From contig NW_005434578.1 of the NCBI RefSeq assembly GCF_000315625.1, forward strand, positions 62,001-126,000: DNA of 64,000 bases, given 5' to 3'. Below the pieces are notes generated by a model. That model searched no databases. It saw only the letters and a program-made list of their open reading frames with translations, and had not been told where the DNA came from. Made by a program: the position numbers and the translations under genes. Numbering within the stretch: position 1 is the stretch's first letter; every line of letters begins with the position of its first letter. Source of the stretch: Guillardia theta CCMP2712. Its lineage: Eukaryota > Protista > Cryptophyta. This document shows, one piece after another, positions 48,527 through 59,223 of this stretch.

Positions 48527-49534
48527 ATGCCCGAGAATCGTCAACTGCTCCTCCGTCGCCGTCCCTCCGCTGCTCTCAGCCAGAAGGATGTAGAGATCGT
48601 CTCCAACGCCACTCCCAGCCTCAAGGATGGCCAGTTCCTCGTCAAGAACCTCTATGCCTCCGTCGATCCTACTCACAGGATCTGGATGTCTGAAGACGAC
48701 CAGTACCTTGCCCCTGTTGATCTGGATGCTCCCATGAGAGCGATGACGTATGGTGTGGTAGAGGAGAGCAAGAATCCTTCCTTCCCTGTGGGAGCTCATG
48801 TGTTGGGCATGGGCGGCATTCAGCACTACTATGTTGGAGACCCCGCTGCTGACCCTGGCTTGACTGTTGCCAAGGAGATCGAGGGACTTCCAAACACCGC
48901 ATGGCTGTCTGTGTGCTCTGTGATCATCGGGCTTACTGCATGGGTTGGAGTGAATGAGATCTGCAAGCCCAAGCAAGGAGAAACTTTTGTTGTTAGCGCT
49001 GGAGCCGGAGCTGTTGGCTCACTCGCCGGACAGCTTGCTAAGCTGCGTGGCGCACGTGTGATAGGGTTTGTGGGATCTAAGGAGAAGGCCGATTGGATTG
49101 TGAATGAGCTTGGATTTGATGGCGCGATCAATTACAAGACTGATGACATGTTGACGAGGTTGAAGCATCTTGCTCCCAACGGCGTTGACAGCTACTTTGA
49201 TAACACGGGAGGCCCTTCGACCGAGGCTGTTCTCCGCTGCTTCAATAACAATGCTCGCATTGCCCTCTGCGGCATCATCTCGGGCTATAACACGGGAGAC
49301 TTTGCGCTCAAGAATTTCCAGATGCTCCTCCATCGTCGTGTGAACTTGCAGGGCTTCATTTGCCTCGACCACCTCGACAAGTACGAGCAGGCCCTTGCGG
49401 AACTTATCCCTTTGGTAAAGGACAAGAAGATCAAGTACCTGGAAGATATTCAGACTGGCATCGACAACTACCCTGACGTTGTGAACATGTTGTTTGAAGG
49501 ATCCAACAAGGGAAAGCTCATGCTCAAGTTCTAA
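48527..49534 (+). CDS. NADP-dependent alkenal/prostaglandin reductase (MDR family, PTGR/CurA-like)
   Basis: YASVDPTHRIWM, GLTAWVG, GETFVVSAGAGAVGSLAGQLAK, GVDSYFDNTGG, RIALCGIISGYN, GSNKGKLMLK. Confidence 0.93.
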   Translation: MPENRQLLLRRRPSAALSQKDVEIVSNATPSLKDGQFLVKNLYASVDPTHRIWMSEDDQYLAPVDLDAPMRAMTYGVVEESKNPSFPVGAHVLGMGGIQHYYVGDPAADPGLTVAKEIEGLPNTAWLSVCSVIIGLTAWVGVNEICKPKQGETFVVSAGAGAVGSLAGQLAKLRGARVIGFVGSKEKADWIVNELGFDGAINYKTDDMLTRLKHLAPNGVDSYFDNTGGPSTEAVLRCFNNNARIALCGIISGYNTGDFALKNFQMLLHRRVNLQGFICLDHLDKYEQALAELIPLVKDKKIKYLEDIQTGIDNYPDVVNMLFEGSNKGKLMLKF

Positions 49535-49851
49535 GAGTTGTACCTGGATTTGTATCGACGAAATAAAGATTTCCATACACATTTGAGCGATTGCAAGGAC
49601 AGTGTAGAATATGCCTTTGAGAAGGAAAATTCTGATTCGTATTGTGGACGAGTCTACACCTGACACAGGTCAGATCTACCCTGAATTCAAAACATGGCGT
49701 GTATGATATCTGAGAGGAGGCTCGCGAACTTACAGTGTAGGAGGAAATATGTACAAACCTGTTGCAAGGTCTGGGCAGGCTGGAAACACTTGTTGCTGAT
49801 CTTCTCGGTTGGCTTGTGGGTCTGAACGTCATAAACCAGCCGGTCACGACT

Positions 49852-49898
49852 GAGAAACTAGGCCCGGAGTGGAGAAACTAGGCCCGGAGTGGAGAAAC
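49852..49898 (+). repeat. 20-bp tandem duplication (about 2.3 copies)
   Basis: GAGAAACTAGGCCCGGAGTG x2 + GAGAAAC. Confidence 0.9.
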
Positions 49899-50829
49899 AA
49901 AGAGAGGTAGAGCTTTTACAGGGAGCAGTCTGAGAAGTGCTGTTATGATACGACGACGATTATCGAAAGACTGGATAGCGGAGACCGATGCGATCTTCTG
50001 AGGAAGGGTGTTTAGTATAGAGATGACAACTACAATCGTACCGCACGTACATGTTCAGCGCTACCCTGCATGACGTCCGATTTCGTACAAAGTTTGAAAC
50101 TTTGAGGCAAGCTTCAGTCTGTTGAGACTGTAGCTTGCCTTCATGAGTTTGACGATGGTTGATAGATACCCTTACTGACTTTTTGGCCTGGCACTGCATG
50201 TGCCACGCGGACCTTCGCCAGAAACTCGCGTGTTTTCAATTTCTTATATGGATTGAGCAAGAAGATTGACCTCTAGTGAGACAGGCTAATGCCTCGAATC
50301 AAGGTACCTTGTTGGTTATGTACAGAGTGTCAGAGTCTAATCCAAGCACTTGTTTCAAACCGATTTTCACTTGTCATGGCATGCCTAAGAGGTTGTTGTC
50401 CATAACAACAAACATCAAGCTCACTAAAAATTGAAGACATGCCTAGTTTAACACAGTAGTCTTAAGCACGGATTTGCCTCTGTTAAGCAAAGGCGCCTGG
50501 AATAGAATGGTGGCACGGAAGGCTCATGCATTACCGAGAGTATTCGATGCTGCAATCAACGAAGTTTTCATTCAATTCACTCCGTCAAGTAAACTCTTAT
50601 TCATTAAGACGCCGAAGAACTTATTTCGATAGAAAAATAACGTATACCATCTCATTTACAGTGATCCGGGAATCAGCCAACTGCAAACTCTGTGGAACAT
50701 GAAATGAACCTGATATCTACAACCACACCATTCTGTTGTTCCTTTTTGTGTTCCTCCGCGCCAAAGATGTCGCTCTCGCATGGGTCGAAACACTCTTTCT
50801 TGCCCTAAATGGACTTGTTCTAGCATCGT

Positions 50830-51297
50830 CTACTGGACCGAGCAAGCATCCTTTTGCTTGGATAAATCGCGCCAAGGAAACTTGTCTCCATAAGGGTCTT
50901 CAAGGATCACCTTGCGGCCCTGCTTCGAGAGGATCTTGCCATCCCGTGGATCGACCAGTACCAACAATGGCATGCTATCATGGCCAATCTCACGCTCTAT
51001 TGCCTCTTTGATGTCCCGCTGACTGAAGGGCAGCGCGAGCCATGGCATCTGGTGAAAGTAGTGCTGGAAGTCCCTTTCGGTCCGATCCCCAGAGATCAAG
51101 ATCACCTCCATCTTCTTGCCCTGTGAGTTCATCCGGGAGTAGACGTCGATCAGCGAGGGCGTGAAGCACTTGCAGGGTGTGCACCATTCAGCAGAGAAGT
51201 AGAGGCCGACCACCTGCTTGTCTTGGAGAGTGTCGAGTGGAACGAGGGATCCTCTGGGGTTCAGGAGACACGTATTTTCGCCGAAGAATCTTTCCAT
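50830..51297 (-). CDS. Nucleoredoxin/tryparedoxin-like thioredoxin
   Basis: VGLYFSAEWCTPCKCFTPSL, EVILISGDR, MPWLALPF, DPYGDKFPW. Confidence 0.92.
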   Translation of the reverse strand: MERFFGENTCLLNPRGSLVPLDTLQDKQVVGLYFSAEWCTPCKCFTPSLIDVYSRMNSQGKKMEVILISGDRTERDFQHYFHQMPWLALPFSQRDIKEAIEREIGHDSMPLLVLVDPRDGKILSKQGRKVILEDPYGDKFPWRDLSKQKDACSVQ

Positions 51298-51654
51298 CCT
51301 GAGAGTGTAGAGGTAGAAGGCTCTGTCAGACGTCGGAGAGGGTAGTCGGAGGAGCTGGAGAGGGATGGGAGGATGCGTGTAGGTGCTGGAGGGGATGGAA
51401 GGAGCGCGTGGGGTGCAGGCGGAAGAGGCCTTCCGATGTATTTAGAGGGAGTTTGCCTCTTACTGAGAGGGTATTTTTTCAGTCATACGGAGGGGTGGTA
51501 GTGTCGCTGAACGCAACTTTCAGTGCCCCGTAATAATGACCATTGTTGACGCCTCAGACCCACCCCTCCTTTGGTAGAGCTGAAACACTACAACGCAGGG
51601 GTCAGTGCAAGAGGAATTCTGCTCAGGGAAACCGTTGAATAATTGATAATAAAG

Positions 51655-52345
51655 CCTGTGACTGTCGGTGGCCGGGAGCGGGATCCGCGGCTCAGCTGCC
51701 GCCAGTCACCCGCGGCGGCGGGCGGCGGCCGGGGCCCGGGGCAGCCCGGCCGGCACTCAGCGGCGGCGGCGCCCGCCGTCCGTCTCCGAGTGACCCGCCG
51801 GAGCCCGGGCTACGGTCCCGATCACGCCAGTGACTGACGGACGGTGCAGCCGGCCGGGATGCCGGGTGGCTGGCGGACCGTCTGAAGGCCGCGCAGGCTA
51901 GCACCCGGGGGCCCCCCGGCCCCGGGCCCGGCGCCCGGCCCGGGGGGCCCGGAGTGACGACCGACGGTGCGCCGGCCCTGGCAGGCTGACTCGGAGCCTC
52001 GGAGTGGCACGACCAACGCCGTCACGCCGGTGGGCCCGGGAGTCAACGGCCCCAGTGGAGGGCCCCCGGGCCCGCCTCGTACTCCCGGGTCCGGCCGGGA
52101 CACTCGGAGGCTCCGAGGCTCCGAGTCCTGATTGTCCTCCGGGAGTCCAGGACTCACTAAGTCACTCTGCGGCGGCCCCTTCCGTGAGTCGCAGTGAGCC
52201 GCAGAGCGGCCGGTGCCACGCCGGTGACGGTGAGCCGGCCCGGCCGGGCGGCTGCCGCTGGCCAGCCTCCGTGCCCGAGGCCCGGGGGCCGGGCCCGGCC
52301 GCCCGGGGCCCGGCCAGCCGGGGCTGACCGTACAGTGGCGCCTAT
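51655..52345. other. GC-rich palindrome-dense island between divergent genes
   Basis: CCCGGG/GGCC runs, TGACT/GAGTC words, no credible ORF. Confidence 0.75.
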
Positions 52346-52467
52346 GACCTGCACCAAATTAAGCCTTCTTTTTGCAAATTGGTAGTACGTTTTGTACCAG
52401 GAGTTCAATTCTATATTTATTTAATTTGAGTGGTTTGTTTGGTAGCGCCTTTCCAACACAGGGGGAC

Positions 52468-53948
52468 ATGAAGTCGATGGCGCGATGGTGGGGAGTTGGC
52501 GGCAAGGAGAGAGGGCGACGGAAGGAGGCGATGGCGGAACAAGATAGCCATCATGCAAACTACCATCCCCCTTCATCTGCTCTCCGCTCCTCGTCTTCGT
52601 CTCTTCATGTCCATTCCGCCTCCCATGGACCTGCCCAGCTCGCGGGAGTGGGGCTGGTAATAGGGAAGCGTAAGCAGGGGTACCTTGTGAAGGACATCTT
52701 GCAAGGGACAGGGGCAATGCTAAGCGGGATGCGAAGAGGGGACCTCATCGTGCAGGTACGTATCTCGACCACTTGGTGTCATCGACACTTGCTGGCTCAG
52801 GTTTGCGTTGATTCTCTAGCAGGTCAACGAGAGGGACGTGGGTCCTTTGAGCCTGGAGGAAGTGACTAGTGCGATACTCGGACCCGTTGGGAGCATCGCA
52901 AAGTTCAAAGTTATGAGGAATGCGCATGAACGGAACGTGCTGTTGGAGTTCCTCGTGCTGCGGGAGCTCAGAGCTACTCAGGACCCCCTGTTTCAGATCA
53001 AGTGCGAGGGCAACAAGGTGACGAGGTCACACCTCCACCTCCAGTGCGCGCAAGATGGAAGTACGAGAAGTTCCGACAAGAAGAGAGAGGGAGAGAAGAA
53101 GCCAGAAGAAGAGCTAGAAAAGATGGGAGCAAGAAAGATGAAGACAAGCCTAGGGGCAGGGGAAGATCCAGAGACAGAGATAGAGATACAGATTGAGGAA
53201 GAGACAGAGATAGAGACAGAGATAGAGACAGAGATAGCGGAGGAAGTAGGTGGTAGTCTCTTTGCTTCTGGGGTCGGCGAACTTCCTCCTTCTTCAACTT
53301 GTGGTGAGATCACTCCGGATCCACCCTGGGACGGCCATTGGCCTGTTTCTGGAGCCAGCAGCCTCGTCGACGTCGGTGTGGATGTGCTCGTGCTCGAGGA
53401 GTGCGGAAGCTCGTGGAAGGCCTGCCGGCTGCAGCTGACGCGAGAAGGAAGACTTGTGCTTCCTGGGCACAGTCTAGATGGGAAGCTGGTGGTATGGGCT
53501 CAGCCGCAGCTGGAGATGTACCGCCCCGACATGTCGAGAGAAGACTTCTCGATGATGGGAAGAAGGATGTGCGTGATGGTAGAAGGGGAACACCTCATCG
53601 CACACAGCCGCCATGGTGCGATCAATGCAGTGAAGGCTGAGAGGTTGCATGTGATGGCGTTAGACTCGTCGACACGGGACAGGTACAAGTTTGCTTTCAT
53701 GATTGTTGTCCTGCACTCCTTCATGTTTTATTCCTTCTGTCTTCTGTCGATCAAGTGATGCATCTTCTTATTGGTTTGCTACCTCAGATATGTTGAGGAA
53801 TTCATCGCAGTGGTTCAACGCCGTGAGCTGGGAGCGCAAGGTAGCCGAAAGCACTCAGGATGTTATGCCCCTCTGTAGTGAAGGAGCAGCGCAATGGCAA
53901 CCACAGCAGATCAGCAGCGAATGTGAGACGATGCCACAAACAACATGA
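52468..53948 (+). CDS. PDZ domain protein with possible PH-like C-terminal region (multi-exon)
   Basis: AGVGLVIG...YLVKDILQGTGAMLSGMRRGDLIVQ-VN...EEVTSAILGPVGS; YWFATSDMLRNSSQWFNAV. Confidence 0.7.
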
Positions 53949-54059
53949 GAGTGGGTGGCTTTGTGCTTGGGAGTTTCATTGAGATAGTCTACTTGCTCGT
54001 CTTTGATACAAGGAGTGAAAGAATACCGTTAGCTGTCAATTGAATGGAGCATGATCGTG

Positions 54060-57000
54060 ATAGAATCATCTGCAGTCAAACGCTCAGTCTGCTTGCCTTC
54101 CCTTCCTCTCTTCGGTCACCTGTAGCACTGCATGGTCGATGTTCTTTACGGCTGAGTTTTGTCCGAGCCTGTGATGAAGCGCCATGCAGACAGCAAGATG
54201 TCTCTGCGCGCTAAGGATCAGGATCGATTCATGCTACAAGACATGCAAGACGGCAATCTTGAAAGAGATGTGCAGTTCGTCAAGTAGACCCGCCCACTCT
54301 TCGTGTAGCTCCACATCTCAATTTGCTCACCTCGGTGAAGAAAGAGAGTCTCCAGTCGCTGTTGTTGGTCCCCGCAAATGAGCTCCATGTATCGCGCCAG
54401 ACCTTAGTGAAGTTTTAGAGACCTGCCGACTGACTCCCCTCCCCCTCGCAGCTTCTTCTGATGTTCCTCTCCCCATATCCTCTCACCTGTGGTTCACACT
54501 TCCTGGCTACGATGGAGCTCAAGGCTGATGTCACACCCTTCCTGCTGCATCGGCGAGTCAGGCAAGACGCCGGTAAACACAGCAACTCACTTCTTGAGAC
54601 CGAACGACAGAGAACCATTATCGACCTGTAACAAGTCAATCTACTGCCAAGTAGATTGCAACTCCTTGATTTACCTCCAGCATTCTGCCGATCAAGATGA
54701 TAGTGAGAGCGACTTCTTCATCGATTCCAACCAGGTTTTGGTGTCGCGTGAGTGGTTGATTTAGCCATCGCTTCAGCAATCTCGTGAAGACTCTGCTGGT
54801 CTCCCTGTGGCTCACCATGTGCTTCCTGCTCACCGTCTCACGGGCCTCAACATCTCTCGCCGCAACTTCACCTGTTGCTGATGTTTGAAGATATTCTTAC
54901 AAGCGGTTTCAAACATTCTCGAACAGCCCAAATCACATCCTGGCCCTGTGACATTGTCAGACGCGATCAAGTGAACAAGCACGCAATTGAGACGAAGCAA
55001 GCAGACAAAGAAAGAAAGGGGGCAAGGTGAAGATTCAGAGCGACAACTCGCTTCAGTCAAAACACTCATCGTCAGCATGCCGTGGACTAACCTCCCCCCT
55101 TCTCCCTTTGACTGCACATCGCACTAGACGCACGACGGTCGTAAGCACAGCTGGGTTCGCCTGTCAAGTATGGGATGAGTGTCGGCAAGGAGACGTCAGG
55201 GCTCGAGACCTCAAGCTCCGATGGATCCTCAGCCAGGTTCGACAGCGCCATGAATGCCTGCAGGTCATCATGAGCACAGGAGCATACTGGCTCACGTCGG
55301 TAACCTCAGCTCTCATCGCATCGTATTCCTTCCCTATCTCATTAGAGTTCAGCATCTTCTCCAGACACTGCACAATCCCTCCCTGACGCTGAGGACAAGG
55401 CAACACAGTCAGTCCCCGACACTCTGGGTCAGCAAGGGCTCACCAGCTTCGGAAGGACTTTCGGATGGTCGCTGAGGCTGATCACTGCAGCAAGTCCCGC
55501 ACTTCTGTCCGCGCTGTCTGTCCAGGTCGACAAGCTCTGCACAAGGAGGTCGCACAAGTTGCGCAGCATCCCAGGAGTCTCGACGATCCTTTCTGCTGCT
55601 TCTGCTCCTCCTCCAGCAGCAAAGTTGTCTGCGCAGTTTGCAATCACCATTGCAGCAGTATCCTGCGTGTCAGGTTGAACGTCTCCAGTAAGCAGATCTC
55701 GGATTGCTCCCAGCATCCCGTCGCATCGCACGATAGCCAACTTGTTGTACTGATTTTGCATAGCAAGATGCACCAGCGCCTGACAAGCCACCTCCCGAAT
55801 CTCCTCTAGACTCTCAGGGGCACTGGGTTGCGATGAAGGCCCAGGAGCGCTCATGGCATTTAGAAGCCCCTCCAGAAGGTTCGGCGTGGTCCCAAGTCTA
55901 GTCGAGTTCTCAACATGATTCTGTGAGAGCCCGGTTATCGCAGCACACGCGGTGATCTTTGCAGCAGCATCCCCACGGTACAGCAGATCGCACAAACCGT
56001 CAGTGATGGCTTTCGACTTCCCCAGTAGATCTCTCCTCCTCCAGGCCTTGGATTTCATCCTCGAGCCACACACTGTGTACTTCTCATGATGGTCATTTCT
56101 TGACGATGGGCCATCTTGAGTATGCGCACACGACATGGTGATGCACTCTTCCGCGACGTTGGGCGATGAAGACGAACTCGATGAGATGGAGGCAGGATGA
56201 TTGTGCGATGTTGAGGTCACCGCTGCTGTTCCATCCGACAATGCATTGTCCTCACCAGTGCTTCGCTGTGAATCAATCTCTCCTAGAAAGGCATTCAAGT
56301 TTGCTTCGCCTTCAGCTATGCTTTCAACGCTGTCTATGCTGTCTGATCGCTGCCGATCGGTGTTGCTACTTTCAGCCCGTTCCCGCTCTTCCTCCCTATC
56401 AATCGCTTCACAGATGGTCACTACTTCCTCAGCAGCCTCGGTGGCATCTTCTAAAGTCCTCAATTGAATCTTGGCCTCGATCTCATGCACTTTATCTTGC
56501 AACCTTTTCATCACTTCGTCGTCCTCCCCAGTCCACAACATGTTTGTTCCAATCCGAACGAATACCCAGTCGCCATCGATAACCCATCCTTCTTCACCCG
56601 CAAGCTCTCCTTCAAGATCATTGTCGTTTACCTCATCATCATACTCGAAGTCGCTCTCACCATCAGTGGTCATTGCTGCTGTGTTGCCCGCGCCTGTGTT
56701 TTGAACAGGGGGGGGATCAGCGTGATGAGAGGCATGTTGCCCCTGGGCTGACCCATAACTTTGATCGTGGCCTCCAGCACTGCCCAGATCATTTGCATGT
56801 GATCGGTCGTGTCTGCTCGTGCTGTTCATCCCCGCATTGGTATGAAAGTTAGTCGCTGCGAGTAGTAGGTCGTCATTCCATGCCCCAACACTCCTCGAGC
56901 CTGTTGCAAAGAATTCCTCATCCACGAAGCTGTCATCGAAACGCATACTGCTGTAGTCCACCCTGCTTGTGCTAGTGTCAACCCCGTTCCCTGGCGGGTC

Positions 57001-57540
57001 TGCGACATCAGCTTGTCAGTACAAAGCAGGCGAGGCCGCTGTGACGTCACCTTGTATCGTGAGGGATGGTGCAACACATCCGTATCGGATTTGGTTTTGC
57101 ATACACTCAGTACTTATGTACTCACTCTGCCAGTCAGTGTTGGGGTAAACGGTGCCATTGCTCTCGTCCTGCGCGCTCAAATGTTCCTTGAGAGCTTTCA
57201 TGATGGGATCATGAAACTCAAATCGATGTCCAGTCTCATTTCTCTCCTGACCATGGCTTCTGCTTCCATTGATCCGACGCGTTGATTCATGGTAGCTTGT
57301 CCAACTCTGCCCCGTATACCCCCGCGGACGGTGTGAACCCTGCTCAACACCAGTCCACGCCCTGCTCGAACCCTCACGTCCTCCAGTGAGCCTCCAGTTT
57401 CCCTCCGTTCTCGCCAGTAAGTCATCATGATCTTCCATCTTTAACTCCATCTCCTCCACCTCCCCTCCTCCTCGTCCTCGTCCTCCTCCCTCCTCCTCCT
57501 CTCCCCCTTGCTTTCCCCGCAGCCCCCCGCGCCACTCCAT
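54060..57540 (-). CDS. Armadillo-repeat protein with long acidic disordered N-terminus (multi-exon, ends approximate)
   Basis: ITACAAITGLSQNHVENSTRLG, EVACQALVHLAMQNQYNKLAIV, DTAAMVIANCA. Confidence 0.75.
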
Positions 57541-58511
57541 GCTGCCTGACGGGTTCGCTTGGACGGGGGTAGGGTAGGCTTTGATGGAGTCTTTGTAGGT
57601 GAGGGTACTTCAAAGGACCCAGTGAATTCCCTTCTTTCAGCTTTCAGAAGGGGGTGGTAGTCCAAGAATGCTGAGAAGGGGTGGGTATGTTGCTGAGTGA
57701 TATTGTATGTCGACTGGCACTACAAATACACGAAAAACTTTAAAATCACGAGTTTTGAAATTGGAAATTCCTCGGTACAGTGAAATAAAATATATTTTGA
57801 AAAATGTACCTGAAAAACTGCACAAAACCCGAGTTGTTGATCTCATGGTCGTAACTTCAGTAGGATTTATCGTATATATCTCTAAAACTCATGAATAAGT
57901 ATTTTATCAAATAAATTCGGTAATGCTGATTGCTTGAATTGGCTCACTTATTTACAGACGAAGGTACATTTAAATATATTGTAAATGATCTACGACTGCC
58001 AAGCATACCGCAATCAAACAATATGTACAAGAATATAAAACTAAGTATATAAATTTAAAAGACAATTTACATGTCACCTTGGATGGGTGACAGAAATTGT
58101 CAGCCCCGATAGAAAGATGTCGCAAACGCTCTATCTATGCGGAGGGGAACATGCATCCAAGATCCTTGCGATAGTTTCTTGCCTTGACCCAGCATGCTGT
58201 GTTGCTCCTTTGCATCCTATCAACAGTCCTTGCACCGATCGTTGTTGTCCGTCCCATTGAACTGTACTTTCCTTTCAGCCTCTTGAAGGGCGCGATGCGT
58301 CCCACACTGATCGATCTGTGCCGAACCCTTCTTACATATCATCTGCTCGAATGCTTCGTCCCATCCCCGTGATCTGCATGATATGCATGGAAGCAGGGTC
58401 TCTGGTTGCAAGTGTTCTCTCACTTGGAAGCGAAAGGAGCCGACGTACCTGCGACGCTTACTCCTTTCGCAGGCTGTAAAATGGTTCGAGGTTGAGGGGA
58501 CTCCAGCTCAC

Positions 58512-58992
58512 ATGGACACAGAGCGTGCAGACACTTCTCTGCATCCAGGTGATGTGGCCTCGGCTGAGGACACCGCAGCATTGCCAGACACTGATGGAGG
58601 TCGGTCGTCCTTCTTTGAGGGTTCCTCCAGTCAACTTCCTGCAGGAGAGCAGCGACGGAATGTCGAGCTGCGAACGCGGATGTTCCATGTGAGAGCTCAA
58701 AGATGAGGAAGAAGCTCGGGTGATATTGTGCAGTTCTTGAAGAACGCGAGGGACTGGGAAGTGCATCTGTCCTGCTATGAAAACAGCAGAGTGCAGGGCA
58801 AGTTTCAATCTATGGATGCCAATCAGGCACTACTTTTACGCGACATGTGGTGGGAATGACTTGATCTGACAGGATCAGATCGTTCTCTGCAGTCTGCAGA
58901 CTCCAATCGGAAAGTATCCCAATGCGATCGTCAGGGCGTCCGATGTTGTTGCGATGGACTTCACTCCATCAACGACCCCAGCTCTCCCTTGA
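58512..58992 (+). CDS. GEMIN7: Gemin7 (SMN complex Sm-fold subunit), 3 exons
   Basis: EQRRNVELRTRMF / VHLSCYENSRVQGKFQSMDANQ / DQIVLCSLQTPIGKYPNAIVRASDVVAMDFTP matches the Gemin7 LQTPIG...LLRxSD signature. Confidence 0.8.
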
Positions 58993-59223
58993 AAGCATGA
59001 TGTACAATGTAATGTTACCAACTAAAACTCCTCCCCAGCCATGGGGATCAGCGGGAAGTGCAAGTTGAAATCTCATTTGTTCATCATGTTCTCCATATTA
59101 TAGTACAGGCTGAGAGAACACTAGCCGCCTGCAGGTCGTAGGCGGCGCCTCCTCCCTGAATGTTCATCATTACACCATCACGATGGCATCAACAAGAATA
59201 AAGCTCGCCTGAGGGTTGGCATG

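Noticed and set aside
48-49534. Bacterial contamination suggested by CtpA, RibA and the intronless oxidoreductase
   Set aside because: Eukaryotic presequences, spliceosomal introns in or beside these genes, and no operon structure.
49560-50820. Possible additional gene between the oxidoreductase and nucleoredoxin (also 8080-8430)
   Set aside because: Only short ORFs; I could not build a consistent exon chain or recognise a motif.
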